Shown piece after piece: positions 16,801 through 26,126 of a DNA stretch of 30,714 bases. The first letter of the stretch is position 1, and each line of letters begins with the position of its first letter. The translations under genes and the position numbers were made by a program. This DNA is from a virus. Lineage: Duplodnaviria > Caudoviricetes. A model generated the notes under the pieces. It did not search any database, had not been told where the DNA came from, and saw only the letters and a list, made by a program, of their open reading frames with translations. The stretch lies in IMG/VR virus record IMGVR_UViG_3300039441_000116, positions 1 through 30,714 of that record; one strand, 5' to 3'.

Positions 16801-18139
16801 CCGTGGACGGAATGCCGATTTGATGTAGAAGAACACGAGCCTGGCTCGCAAGATGTGGTGACGTTGTCGTCAGAGCCCCGACGAACTGTGTGTACGCGTG
16901 GCTGTTCTGGTACATCGACCGAAAGAACTGAGAACCGTCGCCTCGAATCCAGCCCCGAAGGAGTTCGATCTTTAGGCCTTTAGGCCAGGACATTACCTCT
17001 CTAGAGAGGCGCTTCTCGGTCGAATATCGACCACCCTCAGAGACAAACCACTTCTGAAGCTGCTCGCCCTTGGGATTCGAAGTTTGCACTGAGAACGTAC
17101 CGCGGTTGAAATCTGGGACGGTCCTAGTCGCAACGCCAATCGACGCACAGAGCTCCTGCACGTCCTTGCACCAAGTCTTCTCTTCGTGAAAGCCGAACGT
17201 GAAACTGGTCCATTTGGCGGTCGAGGCACAACCCTCAGCGGTGTAGTAGCCGAGAAGTCGGGCTTGAGCAGGTGTTACGTCGGTGGCCGACGTCTCGCTC
17301 GTTTGAGGAATGAATAGCCAGTCTCCAGGGCGAGCATCTCCAATCGGAATGCGCTTAATTGGGTCGTAGTCCTTAGGTATACGACGAAGACCGCCGTTGC
17401 GCTTAGTCGACCCGTCGATAACTTTCAGGTCTGAATCGACGCGACCCTGCTTGTAGTGATTGTGCTTGTACGCCCTGCCTGGATTGACGTCTTCTCCGCA
17501 GCCGCAGGCGCATTTGCGCGGCCAGGCCCAGACTGGAAACTCGTGATTCGAAGTGGCGAAGAAAGTGCCGTAGTTCTTCGTTCGAACTTTCGTTAGCGTG
17601 TCCGGAACGCCTTCGCACCAAGCCGCTTCGACCTTTTGCACCATGCCGTTACGGTCGAGAACCTCATCGCCATCCTGAACAAGTTCAATTGACTTAGACG
17701 TTCCGTCTGCCATGACGACGGGCGTGCCTTCTCGAAAACAGCGATGGTTTAGGTGATGAGGCTTGCCCTCGTACGTTAGGTAGACAGCCATCTTTCGCTG
17801 ATGGTCGAAGCGGAGGAGCTCAGCCTTCGAGAACGCGTCGTGGTTGTCGTTCGGAACGTTGACGCTGTTTGCGCGGATGGCCTCGTAGATGTAGTCCGAC
17901 GGATGCGGACTGATATCGTACTTGGTCGATGCCTCTCGGAGCTTGCCGGCGACGTCAATCTTGCGTGCGCCGTCGAGGTAGTACGACCTGCGCTGCGAGG
18001 CTTCAACAGCCGCACCGGTGAATCCGAGCTCGGCCGCGTTCGGCTCGTTTCGGGCGATGCGATGAAACTGCTGCCCGACGGCGTCAAAAGTCGCCGTCCC
18101 GACCGAGTCGAGATGCGGAAATGCGACCTTGTGAAACAT
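13832..18139 (-). CDS. Prohead maturation protease/scaffold polyprotein, intein-containing
   Basis: NDNHDAF, KPHHLNH, GVILDA, GSMGC..CNVC..CTH, FEEYSRVHKPADPKA fit a phage prohead serine protease with Zn-ribbon inserts; long acidic Gly/Pro-rich and coiled-coil C-terminal half; lies between portal and capsid. Confidence 0.8.
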   Translation of the reverse strand: MFHKVAFPHLDSVGTATFDAVGQQFHRIARNEPNAAELGFTGAAVEASQRRSYYLDGARKIDVAGKLREASTKYDISPHPSDYIYEAIRANSVNVPNDNHDAFSKAELLRFDHQRKMAVYLTYEGKPHHLNHRCFREGTPVVMADGTSKSIELVQDGDEVLDRNGMVQKVEAAWCEGVPDTLTKVRTKNYGTFFATSNHEFPVWAWPRKCACGCGEDVNPGRAYKHNHYKQGRVDSDLKVIDGSTKRNGGLRRIPKDYDPIKRIPIGDARPGDWLFIPQTSETSATDVTPAQARLLGYYTAEGCASTAKWTSFTFGFHEEKTWCKDVQELCASIGVATRTVPDFNRGTFSVQTSNPKGEQLQKWFVSEGGRYSTEKRLSREVMSWPKGLKIELLRGWIRGDGSQFFRSMYQNSHAYTQFVGALTTTSPHLASQARVLLHQIGIPSTVCLQKPNKTRKHTAYQIRIHGWYATKLARLIWGEAALADERPPLTAANQVRDSGEHLLVPIVSVETVPNDLPVYNLTISGSHSYQINNGLATFNSSDPRRARGVILDAHYNDDAPALEHCPTCNHRTAEATERDPSGLHCSKCGSVVKDEYIEILVAVDTKKDPALIRGIQAGLLNAGSMGCSCSSTVCNVCDHVARSVQDFCTHIRGAAKGSLWLKSGSEFKRITAEEVRKLARTAGLTVPSNLQRLIDVYLRIPGTSAGDGFEIRKAFEYCQGVDFEEYSRVHKPADPKAHTIELLKAASANGDLSLEQETEQLINWARLARLSEQSMPKTALSTGSSPQSQTFHIARINGDDEHLCVQASFDELQKTLRISAQDSVEYAQVHADSLSQAIVRATKSAQYLPITSDVSLVVPDGVQLHLDQNGMPMNHAPAVGPGGAPAGPGGMPGAPGGPKGPGGAPTTIEDLTQQEMNPAKSEQSPEEFGMLPPGAEAPGEGDEAMHSHAEGDEDEHESPYAAADEGSDMKEEKYASVYGDFEVDVFDDGATLLAPSGEIFSVKSGKVSAPNAKLASNADKLKFGNELIDSVMSDGLVRTALKYKAEFSKRFADSVEGAMFDFQGGRPMSDGGALEGAMSVATEQHEPGKDVPVVGGATEGGMETFANESRPMPTNSVESRDTDMQDEAQVASPKTNATDGAEDVNKEKRPKYTVRQDAISGGTSDMAGQAGVGPGGRKADVAPAPTPPVGEASSTPATASATKTASTATVLADPAVQAKIAELTAALERQTKLHASKLERMQTEHDAEKEALEKSYASRFARALKVASKRGQLNIEVSPLKAKMLDSLTVPRPIGRSAMTGQQMQYTGVDEQLGLHLVEAAWAESAEEEVEHLIHRASEIMSYDDKYLISVEQDISKQAAAIPQVFAEEQLVPVEEPMRRAAELRHDLSRGNLALAPGMADSGVAGPTDKASAIRAALSPTKVSRILNEELRPS
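16520..17740 (-). mobile_element. Intein (407 aa) with LAGLIDADG endonuclease
   Basis: Starts CFREGTPVVMADG (block A); ATSNHEF (block B TxxH); LLGYYTAEG and LLRGWIRGDG (LAGLIDADG); VYNLTISGSHSY (block F); ends ATFN followed by Ser+1. Confidence 0.93.
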
Positions 18140-18379
18140 CTACTTCGATTGCTCCGCCTCATAGGCTGCGAGCTCAGCCCGAAGGTCCTCGAGGTCGGCG
18201 CCAGACATTGAGGCGCGAATCTTCTGCGTCATCGGGTTGTCGGAAGCGAAGAGGGCTCGAAGAAACTCGCCCCTGGAACCGTCGACCTGCACCCTGTCCG
18301 ACTCGGCCGGTGGAGAATCGAGAATCTCTACCGGAACCCGGCCAAGGTCAGACGCGTCCCCAAACTTGCGGAATGCCAC
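18140..18379 (-). CDS. Small hypothetical protein (79 aa)
   Basis: Its TAG directly abuts the protease ATG; the SD for the protease (GGAG) lies in its 3' end. Confidence 0.65.
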   Translation of the reverse strand: MAFRKFGDASDLGRVPVEILDSPPAESDRVQVDGSRGEFLRALFASDNPMTQKIRASMSGADLEDLRAELAAYEAEQSK

Positions 18380-18456
18380 GTACGAATAATCGTCAGACCG
18401 GCTAGAACAATTGGGTCGTTAGGCCGTGCGAGGCCGTCGGGAAGGCCGACGTGTGG

Positions 18457-20841
18457 TCAGGAGTCGCCGCTGGCGCCGATGAGCAGGTTGCCGTTGTCGG
18501 AATCTTCAAGCATTACGCCATATTCCTTAGCCATCCGCTCCAGCTCAGCGTCGGTTGAGCCGTTGACGTGTCGGAGCTTGCCGAGGTCCGTCAGGATGGA
18601 TGACAGCTCCTGGATAGAGGCTGACGGGTAGTTCTCGTCGACCAGCCAACCCTCGACAGCCTCCCAGAGGTCATGCCTGTCGTGTGAGGCAAGTGCCTGA
18701 ATGATAGCCGGGTCCTTCAGGGCGTCAACCCACGGCTCAGTCTGGTCGTCCTCAATGTTGGACGGGTCGAACGTGTCGAATAATCTTACGACCGGGTCCA
18801 GCACCGCATGTGCCCAGTTCTTCGAGCTCGCTGGGCGACTGCCATTCGTGCCATTGCCGGCGCCGTTTGCAAGCGGCTGTGCCTGGTCGCCCTCGGCCGC
18901 CGAGACTGATTCCCCGCCGGAGGACCCCCCAGCGACGGGCGAACCCTCGCCGCCTCCACCGCCTCCACCGCCGGGCGCGCCCTCAGGACCTCCACCCGGC
19001 GCTCCTCCACCCTCCTCACCAGGCAGGCCGAACGACTCGGGTGGAATGCCGGGCGAGAGTACGTTACCTCCACCGCCGCCTCCACTCGGTCCACCTTCGG
19101 CACCCGGGGCCGCTGCGAGACCAAGCAGCTGCTGCAGCTCCGGGTCCTGGCCGGCGAGGTCCTTCTTAAACTTATACTCCTCGACGAGCTGCTTCTGCTC
19201 CTCCTCAGAATCAAGACCGAGGCAGGCGTACTTCTTCTGGTCGGTAATTTTGATGTGCAGATTGTTCTCGAGCGCGTTCATCGCGTCGATGCGTTCCTTG
19301 TCTATGTTCGGGTCGAGCGACTTACTCCACTCAATAGTGGGTACGATGTACATTCGCTCATCCATCAGGTCGAGAGAGCTTCTCTTGACGCGCACGTGCC
19401 CTTGAGACGCGCCGGCCTTCGACGGCTTGACCCACTGATTCGCGATTGCGACGGGCATGAAGAATCGAGGGATGAGCCACTCGTTCACGAAGAAATCGCG
19501 CATCGCTTTCAAACGCTGTAAGAAGACGGTTAGACCCGCAGCGCTCGATGAGTAGCTCGACTCACCGCTGATGAACGACTTCGATACGCCAAGAGCGATG
19601 AGCTTCAATTTCTCGAACAATTCGTTGTGCGTGTTGACACTCATCAAACGTTCGGGAGTGCCAATCGTCTCTGTTGCAATCTGATAATTATAGATCAGCT
19701 TCGCGACGGGATCTGCCTCAGCCTGTGCAAGCAGGCTTGCGACTTTCTTCTCTTCGGACGGCGGTGGAATTGTTCCAGTCGTCGGGTCGCCGAGCTTCAC
19801 TAATGTAATGGCGTTAGCCGCACGTCTCGCTGTCGCAATAAATGCGGCCCACAAGCCGTCTTCAGCCATGTAGGTTCGCCAGAGCCTTGTCTGAATGCTA
19901 GCTCCGCGCAAATCGTACGGATGCAACTTGCGAGGAATGAATGTCGCATTGACCGGACTGAGCGGGATGTTCGTACCGGCACGAAGGTGCGCCAACAGCT
20001 CCGGTGGCATCGACTCACGAACACGAGCGAGCATCGGATGGTCCGAGGAGACAATCTCGCGCAGCTTGGGGTCCGGAACGAACTCCATAATCGTGTCCAT
20101 CTTGATGAACGGACTGTAGACGACGTTGATTTGGTCTGGGTTGTGGAGCGCTACGTGCGTCCAGATTCCTTTGCTGTCGTCGAAGTGGCAGTGAGGAATG
20201 ACCTCTCCAACGACCAAAAACTCACGCACGAGGTACGGCAAAATTGTGCGAATGCCGCACTCGTTGAGCATGTACTCGAGCGTCTCTTTGATTTCACCAT
20301 CGACGCCCTCTCCTGTAAGCTGGAAATCGCTCCATGGCAGTTCGCTGAGTAGTTCGATGACGGCACCGACGATAGCGTCGAGCTTGAAGAACAGACGGAA
20401 GTAGCTATTGGCTAGACGACGATGGATTGGAAAGAATTGCCTGTCTGGCGATTCATACTCGGGTTGGTACGGCTTCATCGTGGTGAAGAGCGACTGCCCT
20501 CCACCGCTGAGACCGTGCGAACCGTGCCCAGTCGTCGGAGAGATTTGGCCAGTTCGGCCGAACATCGAGGGTGATGCGCCGAATGGAAGCGCGTTCAGAA
20601 TCTCACTACGGGAGTCGTGACCCGGTCGAATGACTCGACCTTCCATCTCGCCGAGACCCTCGCGGAACTTCTCCGAGAGCGAATCGATCTGGGACGGCAG
20701 CATACCGTGCGGTTCATCATCTTGAAGACCGCCGAAGCGACGTGCGAGCTCTGCGGTTTCTGCGAGGCCGGGCGTATCCTGCTCGCGCCCCCAGGCCTTG
20801 GCAGGTGCTTGACCTGCACGTCTGTACATTCTAGCCGCCAT
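18457..20841 (-). CDS. Portal protein with Gly-rich linker and extra C-terminal domain
   Basis: DAIVGAVIELLSELP, REFLVVGEV, HPYDLRGASI, LIALGVSKSFISGESSYSS, PTIEW fit portal architecture; lies between terminase and protease. Confidence 0.82.
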   Translation of the reverse strand: MAARMYRRAGQAPAKAWGREQDTPGLAETAELARRFGGLQDDEPHGMLPSQIDSLSEKFREGLGEMEGRVIRPGHDSRSEILNALPFGASPSMFGRTGQISPTTGHGSHGLSGGGQSLFTTMKPYQPEYESPDRQFFPIHRRLANSYFRLFFKLDAIVGAVIELLSELPWSDFQLTGEGVDGEIKETLEYMLNECGIRTILPYLVREFLVVGEVIPHCHFDDSKGIWTHVALHNPDQINVVYSPFIKMDTIMEFVPDPKLREIVSSDHPMLARVRESMPPELLAHLRAGTNIPLSPVNATFIPRKLHPYDLRGASIQTRLWRTYMAEDGLWAAFIATARRAANAITLVKLGDPTTGTIPPPSEEKKVASLLAQAEADPVAKLIYNYQIATETIGTPERLMSVNTHNELFEKLKLIALGVSKSFISGESSYSSSAAGLTVFLQRLKAMRDFFVNEWLIPRFFMPVAIANQWVKPSKAGASQGHVRVKRSSLDLMDERMYIVPTIEWSKSLDPNIDKERIDAMNALENNLHIKITDQKKYACLGLDSEEEQKQLVEEYKFKKDLAGQDPELQQLLGLAAAPGAEGGPSGGGGGGNVLSPGIPPESFGLPGEEGGGAPGGGPEGAPGGGGGGGGEGSPVAGGSSGGESVSAAEGDQAQPLANGAGNGTNGSRPASSKNWAHAVLDPVVRLFDTFDPSNIEDDQTEPWVDALKDPAIIQALASHDRHDLWEAVEGWLVDENYPSASIQELSSILTDLGKLRHVNGSTDAELERMAKEYGVMLEDSDNGNLLIGASGDS

Positions 20842-20850
20842 GGTACGTTC

Positions 20851-21831
20851 CTATGCCTGCCTCTTGCTAGCCGTGTCCAGCGTTCGCGTTCGAGCCCATC
20901 GGCTGTGCCTTACTCGTAGTCCGCCGGCCCACCGCGTCCGGACAGGTTGAGCCGGTGCAATCGACCCGGTCGACCAAGTCGACGCAGGCATCGCAGTTCG
21001 GCGTTCGAGGAGATTCGACGCTCGACCCATCCAATCTGCCGGGTCCCCAGTCTCGGGGCTGTCATCGAGCGGACTCGAGTCCCTTCCGGGCCCAGTCAGC
21101 TCGCGCAGCGATACACCGAACTCGGCCTCGTGTTGAGCCTCGCCTTCCGCTTCGTGCTGTTGATAGCCGCTGGGAAGCTGCCCTTCGAACGAGCCTTCTG
21201 GGTCGTTCGCTTCAGTCGACTCAGGATGGTATTGATAGTAGTCGCGACCGAGCGGCTCGCTACCGTCGAGGTCTTCGAATCTCTGCTCACCCTCTTGCTC
21301 GTCACCGAGACCCTTCTCGACGGTGTCGACAGGATAGAAGTGCTCGTAGTAACCGTGACCTTTCGAATCGCCGGTGGGAATGTCGTCGTAGTGTTCCTGG
21401 TCGACCAGGTCCCAGTTGTAGTCCGGCCATCCGTGGTCCTTCGTCGTATCGTCGAACCACGGCTTTCGACCTGGGTCGAGTGGGACGCCCTGGTCCGCCA
21501 CATCAGCGTCGACCGTGAGCGGCGCGTTCGTTACGCGACTGTCCTCGTAGTAGTCGCGCACCGAGTTTGGCATGTACGTGGCGCCATCGCCTCGGCCCGG
21601 CGCATCAAGATTCGTCTCGATGTTCTGGTAGACCGGACGGTCGTAGTACTGATGGTCGTAGGTGTTCTGAATCTGTGCGGTGCGTTCAGCTTCGGCCTGC
21701 TCCTCGAGCAGAGCGACACGCTCCATCTCGGCCAGCACGTCGTACTGCAGTTCCAGTTCGGCCTCGAGCTCGGCCTGGCGGTTCATCGCCGCGTTGGTTG
21801 CGAGCCAGCCTATGAAGTCGAAGTTCGCCAC
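20851..21831 (-). CDS. Acidic Asp/Glu/Tyr-rich, probably disordered protein (candidate internal head protein)
   Basis: Probable GTG start at 21831, 1 nt after the terminase TAG, with GAGGG SD; the longer ORF call overlaps terminase. Confidence 0.7.
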   Translation of the reverse strand: MANFDFIGWLATNAAMNRQAELEAELELQYDVLAEMERVALLEEQAEAERTAQIQNTYDHQYYDRPVYQNIETNLDAPGRGDGATYMPNSVRDYYEDSRVTNAPLTVDADVADQGVPLDPGRKPWFDDTTKDHGWPDYNWDLVDQEHYDDIPTGDSKGHGYYEHFYPVDTVEKGLGDEQEGEQRFEDLDGSEPLGRDYYQYHPESTEANDPEGSFEGQLPSGYQQHEAEGEAQHEAEFGVSLRELTGPGRDSSPLDDSPETGDPADWMGRASNLLERRTAMPASTWSTGSIAPAQPVRTRWAGGLRVRHSRWARTRTLDTASKRQA

Positions 21832-21832
21832 G

Positions 21833-23881
21833 CTAGAACCCTCGTCCGGTAATTGGAGACGGCCGCGTCGTCCTACCGTTCGGACTGTAGACCTGCCCAC
21901 GTCCTGCTGCGGCCCACTCAGCAATACTGACCTCAGCGCGCTTGCGACGGGCTCGACGAGATGTGTCGTCCTGTCGCTCTGTGTAGCCTTGGTCCTGCAC
22001 GAGTCGATGCACATGCACGGCGACGCGTGCCATGTCATCCGAACACCAACCACGTCTGAGCCCTTTTTTGCTGTTGAACACTTTGTCGTTCTTCGGGTCG
22101 CGTTCGAGATGGAGTAGCTCGTAGATGAGGGCACCCTGCGCGCTCTTGTAGGGGGGGTCGAGCGTCGCGTCGTCAAGCAACTCGGGCAGCAATCGCACGC
22201 GTCCGCTATAGGCATCGCGCATGAACTGGATGAAGTGCTCATTCGTCGTGACGGCCTCCTCTGCAAACAGGTTAAGGTCGCGCCGGAGTCGCTGAATCAG
22301 AGGGAAGCTGTTCCAGTGGTCGAACTCGATCTGCTTGATGACCATGAACTGAGTCACCTCTTTCATGAGCTCATAGAACGACTCGAAGTAGACTTCCTGT
22401 TGGCGCGACGCCGTGAGCAATCGAATGGCCCAATCGTATACGGTGACGACGTTGCCGTCCTCGTCGGTGTCTCCGTGTGCACAGACGACAGCGAACGCGT
22501 CGAAGTTCTTGCCGGCATCCACCGCGATGAATCGAGGAACGCCTCGAGTGATGAGGTCGGCCCTCTCAAGCTTGACACCGAGAAGCGAGCGTCCCTGCAC
22601 GTCCGAGAACTGATACTGCGAGAACGAGGCCGTCGGCTTGAGCTCGAGGTCGATAGCCGATTCCTTAAAGTCCTGCGGCCGGTCGATAAGCGGATTCGCA
22701 GCTCCTGGCGGACGGGCGCCAAAGTTGCGCATGGTGCCGACGAAGTCCTTCTTGAGCATGTCGGCGAAGAATTCGTAGGGCAGCCACGGATTGAAGTCCC
22801 ACGTCGCGAGATGCTGCGTGTACATTCGAGGATTATCCTTGGCCGTCTCGAGCAGCTGCATGCCGTAGTCGTCCTCGGACTTCGGCGAACTGATACTACC
22901 GATCATGCCCATCCATGGAATCAGACCGAACTGCTCCACGTTGCCCTGAACGCTCTGAACGCTGGCATCCATGGTTCGATAGACTTCTTGAGCCGACTCA
23001 GAGGAATCTGTCTGCTTCATTCGACAGACCTCATCGACGAACGCAGCGACTCGAGTCCGTCCGGCGAGACCGTCGCTGTTGCTGTTCAGTGAGTCGATGC
23101 TTAGCTGGGCGAGCTCGTTGTCGATGTTCTTATCGTGCTCGTTGTACTCGAGCCGCTGCATGCCTTTCGGGATGTCCTGCAGACGCTCTTGGTCTTTGAC
23201 CCACGGAACGTAACGTCGAAACCACGGACTCAGACGCCGGTAGGCTCGGTACTTGGCCCAGATGGTTTCCTTGGCCTGCGTGTCCGTCGACGCGACATAG
23301 GTGATGTGGAGCGGCTCACCCGGCAGCGACCCGAAGTAAGAGCTCAGACCGCCATCGAACGAATGCGCAAGTGTCAGCAGCACGTGCTCGACGTAGGTGC
23401 CGACCAGCGCCAGAGTGCTGCTTTTGCCGCTACGCTGACCGATGATGCAGTGCAACACTCGATGATTATTGAAGATTCCGGCATCAACGAACTCGGTGCG
23501 CGTCGTGCCGCACTTCGGACACGCATCATCCTCATGCTTCGGCGCCCACACGAGCAGAACTTCAGCGCCGAGCGTCTCGGGCGATAGGCCCCATGGATTC
23601 GACGGCACTGCATTCGGGCCGACGTTGCAGTTCGGGCAGCGAAGCTCGAAGAACTCTTTGAGTAGCTTGTACGCACCCCAGTGCTTGTAGAGGGACGCCT
23701 GGTTCGCGAAGCGTTTGTCGACGGCCCACTCGAGCATATTCGGTGCACGCTGTACGAGATACTCGCGCTCGACGTCGACATGCTCGGCCAGCGAGACTGA
23801 CTTTCGGATCATCTCCGCAAAGTCACCGGGCCGGTCTGCAACCGAAGTTGCGAACGGTCGTTGTGGCGTCTTCTTCGACAT
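21833..23881 (-). CDS. terL: Terminase large subunit
   Basis: Walker A GQRSGKS, Walker B AFVDE, coupling motif ISSP, RNase H-like IAVDAGKNFDAFA and SDD; CPNC/CPKC Zn knuckles in the N-terminal region. Confidence 0.9.
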   Translation of the reverse strand: MSKKTPQRPFATSVADRPGDFAEMIRKSVSLAEHVDVEREYLVQRAPNMLEWAVDKRFANQASLYKHWGAYKLLKEFFELRCPNCNVGPNAVPSNPWGLSPETLGAEVLLVWAPKHEDDACPKCGTTRTEFVDAGIFNNHRVLHCIIGQRSGKSSTLALVGTYVEHVLLTLAHSFDGGLSSYFGSLPGEPLHITYVASTDTQAKETIWAKYRAYRRLSPWFRRYVPWVKDQERLQDIPKGMQRLEYNEHDKNIDNELAQLSIDSLNSNSDGLAGRTRVAAFVDEVCRMKQTDSSESAQEVYRTMDASVQSVQGNVEQFGLIPWMGMIGSISSPKSEDDYGMQLLETAKDNPRMYTQHLATWDFNPWLPYEFFADMLKKDFVGTMRNFGARPPGAANPLIDRPQDFKESAIDLELKPTASFSQYQFSDVQGRSLLGVKLERADLITRGVPRFIAVDAGKNFDAFAVVCAHGDTDEDGNVVTVYDWAIRLLTASRQQEVYFESFYELMKEVTQFMVIKQIEFDHWNSFPLIQRLRRDLNLFAEEAVTTNEHFIQFMRDAYSGRVRLLPELLDDATLDPPYKSAQGALIYELLHLERDPKNDKVFNSKKGLRRGWCSDDMARVAVHVHRLVQDQGYTERQDDTSRRARRKRAEVSIAEWAAAGRGQVYSPNGRTTRPSPITGRGF

Positions 23882-23938
23882 GTTGATGTTGCAAGTGGAG
23901 GCGTTCGAGGTCGGTCGGCTACCGACGCGCTGGTCGCA

Positions 23939-24730
23939 CTAGCGCAGGTACACCTTCGAGACGAGCGCCTCGACACCGTTGTCGCTGAGTACGTGGAGAC
24001 CATCGGCGTGCTCGGCAAGTACAGTGACTTGAGCGCCACACGGAATGACCTGTCGCGTATCAGGTACGGTAATTTCAACGGTCAGCTCGGCAGTTCGCGG
24101 AACGACGCCACGCAGGCCTGAATGGCCGCCCGAGCCGAGACCGGCCCCACCTCCGACCGCGCTGCTCGTCCTCGGTGGACTGAACATGTTCTTGCGGTCC
24201 GGCCTGACCTCATCGCGGAATGTCGCGTCGCTGACGAGCTCGTCGATAGCCGACTGCGAGATGATGTACGGCGAGCCCTGGTGATAGAAGATGCCAGGTG
24301 AGAGCATGTAGCCGTTCTTGACAGTCACCGGGACCTCAATCCGTTGGGTCATTCCCTTGACCGGCGTCATCTCGACCTGAACGGCGATGGTCCCGTCGGT
24401 GATGTCGTGGCCTCCGCTGCCGGCCGATCGGTGCAGTCCAGCGTAGACGGTCTTCAGCGCACCGTTGATGTTGAATTCTCCAAAGGTTTCGCTGACATAA
24501 GCACAGGCAGCCGCGCCGGGGTGGCCGCTAAGCTTTTTGGTCGCGCCGTCCTCGTTCTTCATCCACAAGTGGGAGTTTCTATTGATGAAACCTTCACTTG
24601 CGTCTGCGACGGCGTCGCTCAGACCTGCCAGACGAGCGAGCTTGGCACTCTTTCGCTCTTGACGGGCCTTCCTCGCTGCCGGCGATGCCAAATCTCTTTG
24701 CAGTTTGCGTACGTAGTCCACGTAGGACAT
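23939..24730 (-). CDS. Hypothetical protein with C-terminal SH3-like segment
   Basis: Probable start ATG 24730 (MSYVDYVRK); globular core, Gly linker, then IPCGAQVTVLAE...GVEALVSKVYL. Confidence 0.65.
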   Translation of the reverse strand: MSYVDYVRKLQRDLASPAARKARQERKSAKLARLAGLSDAVADASEGFINRNSHLWMKNEDGATKKLSGHPGAAACAYVSETFGEFNINGALKTVYAGLHRSAGSGGHDITDGTIAVQVEMTPVKGMTQRIEVPVTVKNGYMLSPGIFYHQGSPYIISQSAIDELVSDATFRDEVRPDRKNMFSPPRTSSAVGGGAGLGSGGHSGLRGVVPRTAELTVEITVPDTRQVIPCGAQVTVLAEHADGLHVLSDNGVEALVSKVYLR

Positions 24731-24903
24731 AGTGACAGGTCGTGTAGGGTCAGTCTGTATCGTGTCAGCGTAGCTTTTCGCCACGTTGACATGACTTCTA
24801 GAACCGAGTGGCAATAGCCCAACGTAAGCTGAGGTCTTCGACCTTAGTCCACTAACCGTCTCGATACAATCTTTACAGCTCGAAAGCAGAAGCAGCACCA
24901 ACG

Positions 24904-25575
24904 ATGTCGATCCCAGTTAGCCCCGATTCCATTCGTCAAACTTTGTCCCTTCACAAGCTCTGGTCCTTAGGCGCGCCCGGAGGGGAGCGCGCAAATCTGA
25001 GCCATGCAAACTTGAGTCACGCGATTTTGCGCTGTGCCTACCTACGCTCGGCTGCCATGAGCTGCACGAATCTAAGCCAGGCCGACCTCCGCTTTGCAAA
25101 TCTACGGTCGGCCAATCTCATGGGGGCCAATTTTGCCTATAGCGACCTCAGCGGCGCGGACCTCCGCGGCGCCGATATCCGTGGCGCCGACTTTCGTTTT
25201 GCCAATCTAACTGATACTAAGAATCTTCGCGCACCGCACCCGCAGCTTCCTGAAGGAGCCCTGATAGTCTGGAAGAAGGTGCGAGGAGGTCTGGCCAAAC
25301 TCTTGATTCCAGAGGGAGCACATCGTGTCATGTGTCTCGCGAATCGTAACTGCCGCGCAGAATGTGCGGTAGTCCTCTCACTCGAGTCTACCAACGCAAC
25401 ACTTATCGACGGCTCTCCCAACGAGTCCTACTCGGTGTCTGCACCCGTCGGAAAATGTCTTACCTATCGGGTCGGCGAACTGGTTAAGTCGGATTCGTAT
25501 GATGAGTCACCGTTCTTAGATTGCACCAGCGGCATTCACTTTTTCCTGACGCGTGAAGAGGCACTAGAATTCTGA
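24904..25575 (+). CDS. Pentapeptide-repeat protein with phage-type C-terminal domain (DUF5758-like)
   Basis: About 14 A(N/D)Lxx pentapeptides, then LIVWKK...KLLIP...CRAE...YRVGE...CTSGIHFFLTREEA. Confidence 0.88.
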   Translation: MSIPVSPDSIRQTLSLHKLWSLGAPGGERANLSHANLSHAILRCAYLRSAAMSCTNLSQADLRFANLRSANLMGANFAYSDLSGADLRGADIRGADFRFANLTDTKNLRAPHPQLPEGALIVWKKVRGGLAKLLIPEGAHRVMCLANRNCRAECAVVLSLESTNATLIDGSPNESYSVSAPVGKCLTYRVGELVKSDSYDESPFLDCTSGIHFFLTREEALEF

Positions 25576-25608
25576 TATCTCGGCACGCATCTTGCTACAG
25601 CATTGAGC

Positions 25609-25884
25609 ATGCCGAGATACTGGTATCAGTGCACTAAGTGTGGCGCGACCGAACATCGAATGGTCTCTATCGCTGCTCGCGATGAGCAGACTTGCGCGGC
25701 GCTTATCGACGTCGTTGCCGCAGAGTCAGCTGACGCACAGGTCGACTCTGCCTCCGATGATGGGATGCCGGCTCGCCCAGACTTTCCATGTCTCGTACAT
25801 CAAACATGTGGTGCAAGGCTTGCCCGAGAAGAGATCTCGGACGGCGGCACGATGAACTATCAATGGTCGAACTGGCGACGATAG
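25609..25884 (+). CDS. FmdB-like zinc-ribbon protein
   Basis: MPRYWYQCTKCG N-terminus; the second Cys pair is displaced by an acidic insert. Confidence 0.7.
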   Translation: MPRYWYQCTKCGATEHRMVSIAARDEQTCAALIDVVAAESADAQVDSASDDGMPARPDFPCLVHQTCGARLAREEISDGGTMNYQWSNWRR

Positions 25885-25907
25885 CGGTGGTAGCAAGGAA
25901 AAGCACC

Positions 25908-26126
25908 ATGGCACATCGATGCCACGCAATCGGTTGTACGGTCGAAGTGAAGCCGGAGCTTCTAATGTGCGCCAAACATTGGCGGCGTGTCCCGAAGGAC
26001 ATTCAGCGTGAAGTCTGGCGCTCTTATAGGTCTGGTCAGTGCGACGACAAGAATCCGAGCGCTGAGTGGCTCGCTGCGGCTGCTAGGGCCATCGCCGCTG
26101 TCGCTGAGAAAGAAGGCCTAAAATGA
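25908..26126 (+). CDS. Small Cys/His phage protein
   Basis: MAHRCHAIGC...LMCAKHWRRVP; AAGGA SD; ATGA overlap with the next gene. Confidence 0.75.
   Translation: MAHRCHAIGCTVEVKPELLMCAKHWRRVPKDIQREVWRSYRSGQCDDKNPSAEWLAAAARAIAAVAEKEGLK

Noticed and set aside
18380-18456. Short AGGCCG repeats and GTCGG/CCGAC stem after the portal; shared CTAGAA in several gaps as a late promoter
   Set aside because: Too short and GC-rich to distinguish from chance; spacing to start codons is inconsistent.
23939-24730. Small terminase subunit
   Set aside because: Position fits, but no HTH plus oligomerisation-helix pattern was recognised.
24786-24816. Sigma70 promoter for the + strand island
   Set aside because: TTGACA is perfect, but the hexamer at 17-18 nt spacing (TGGCAA/GGCAAT) is weak, so it was not called as a feature.
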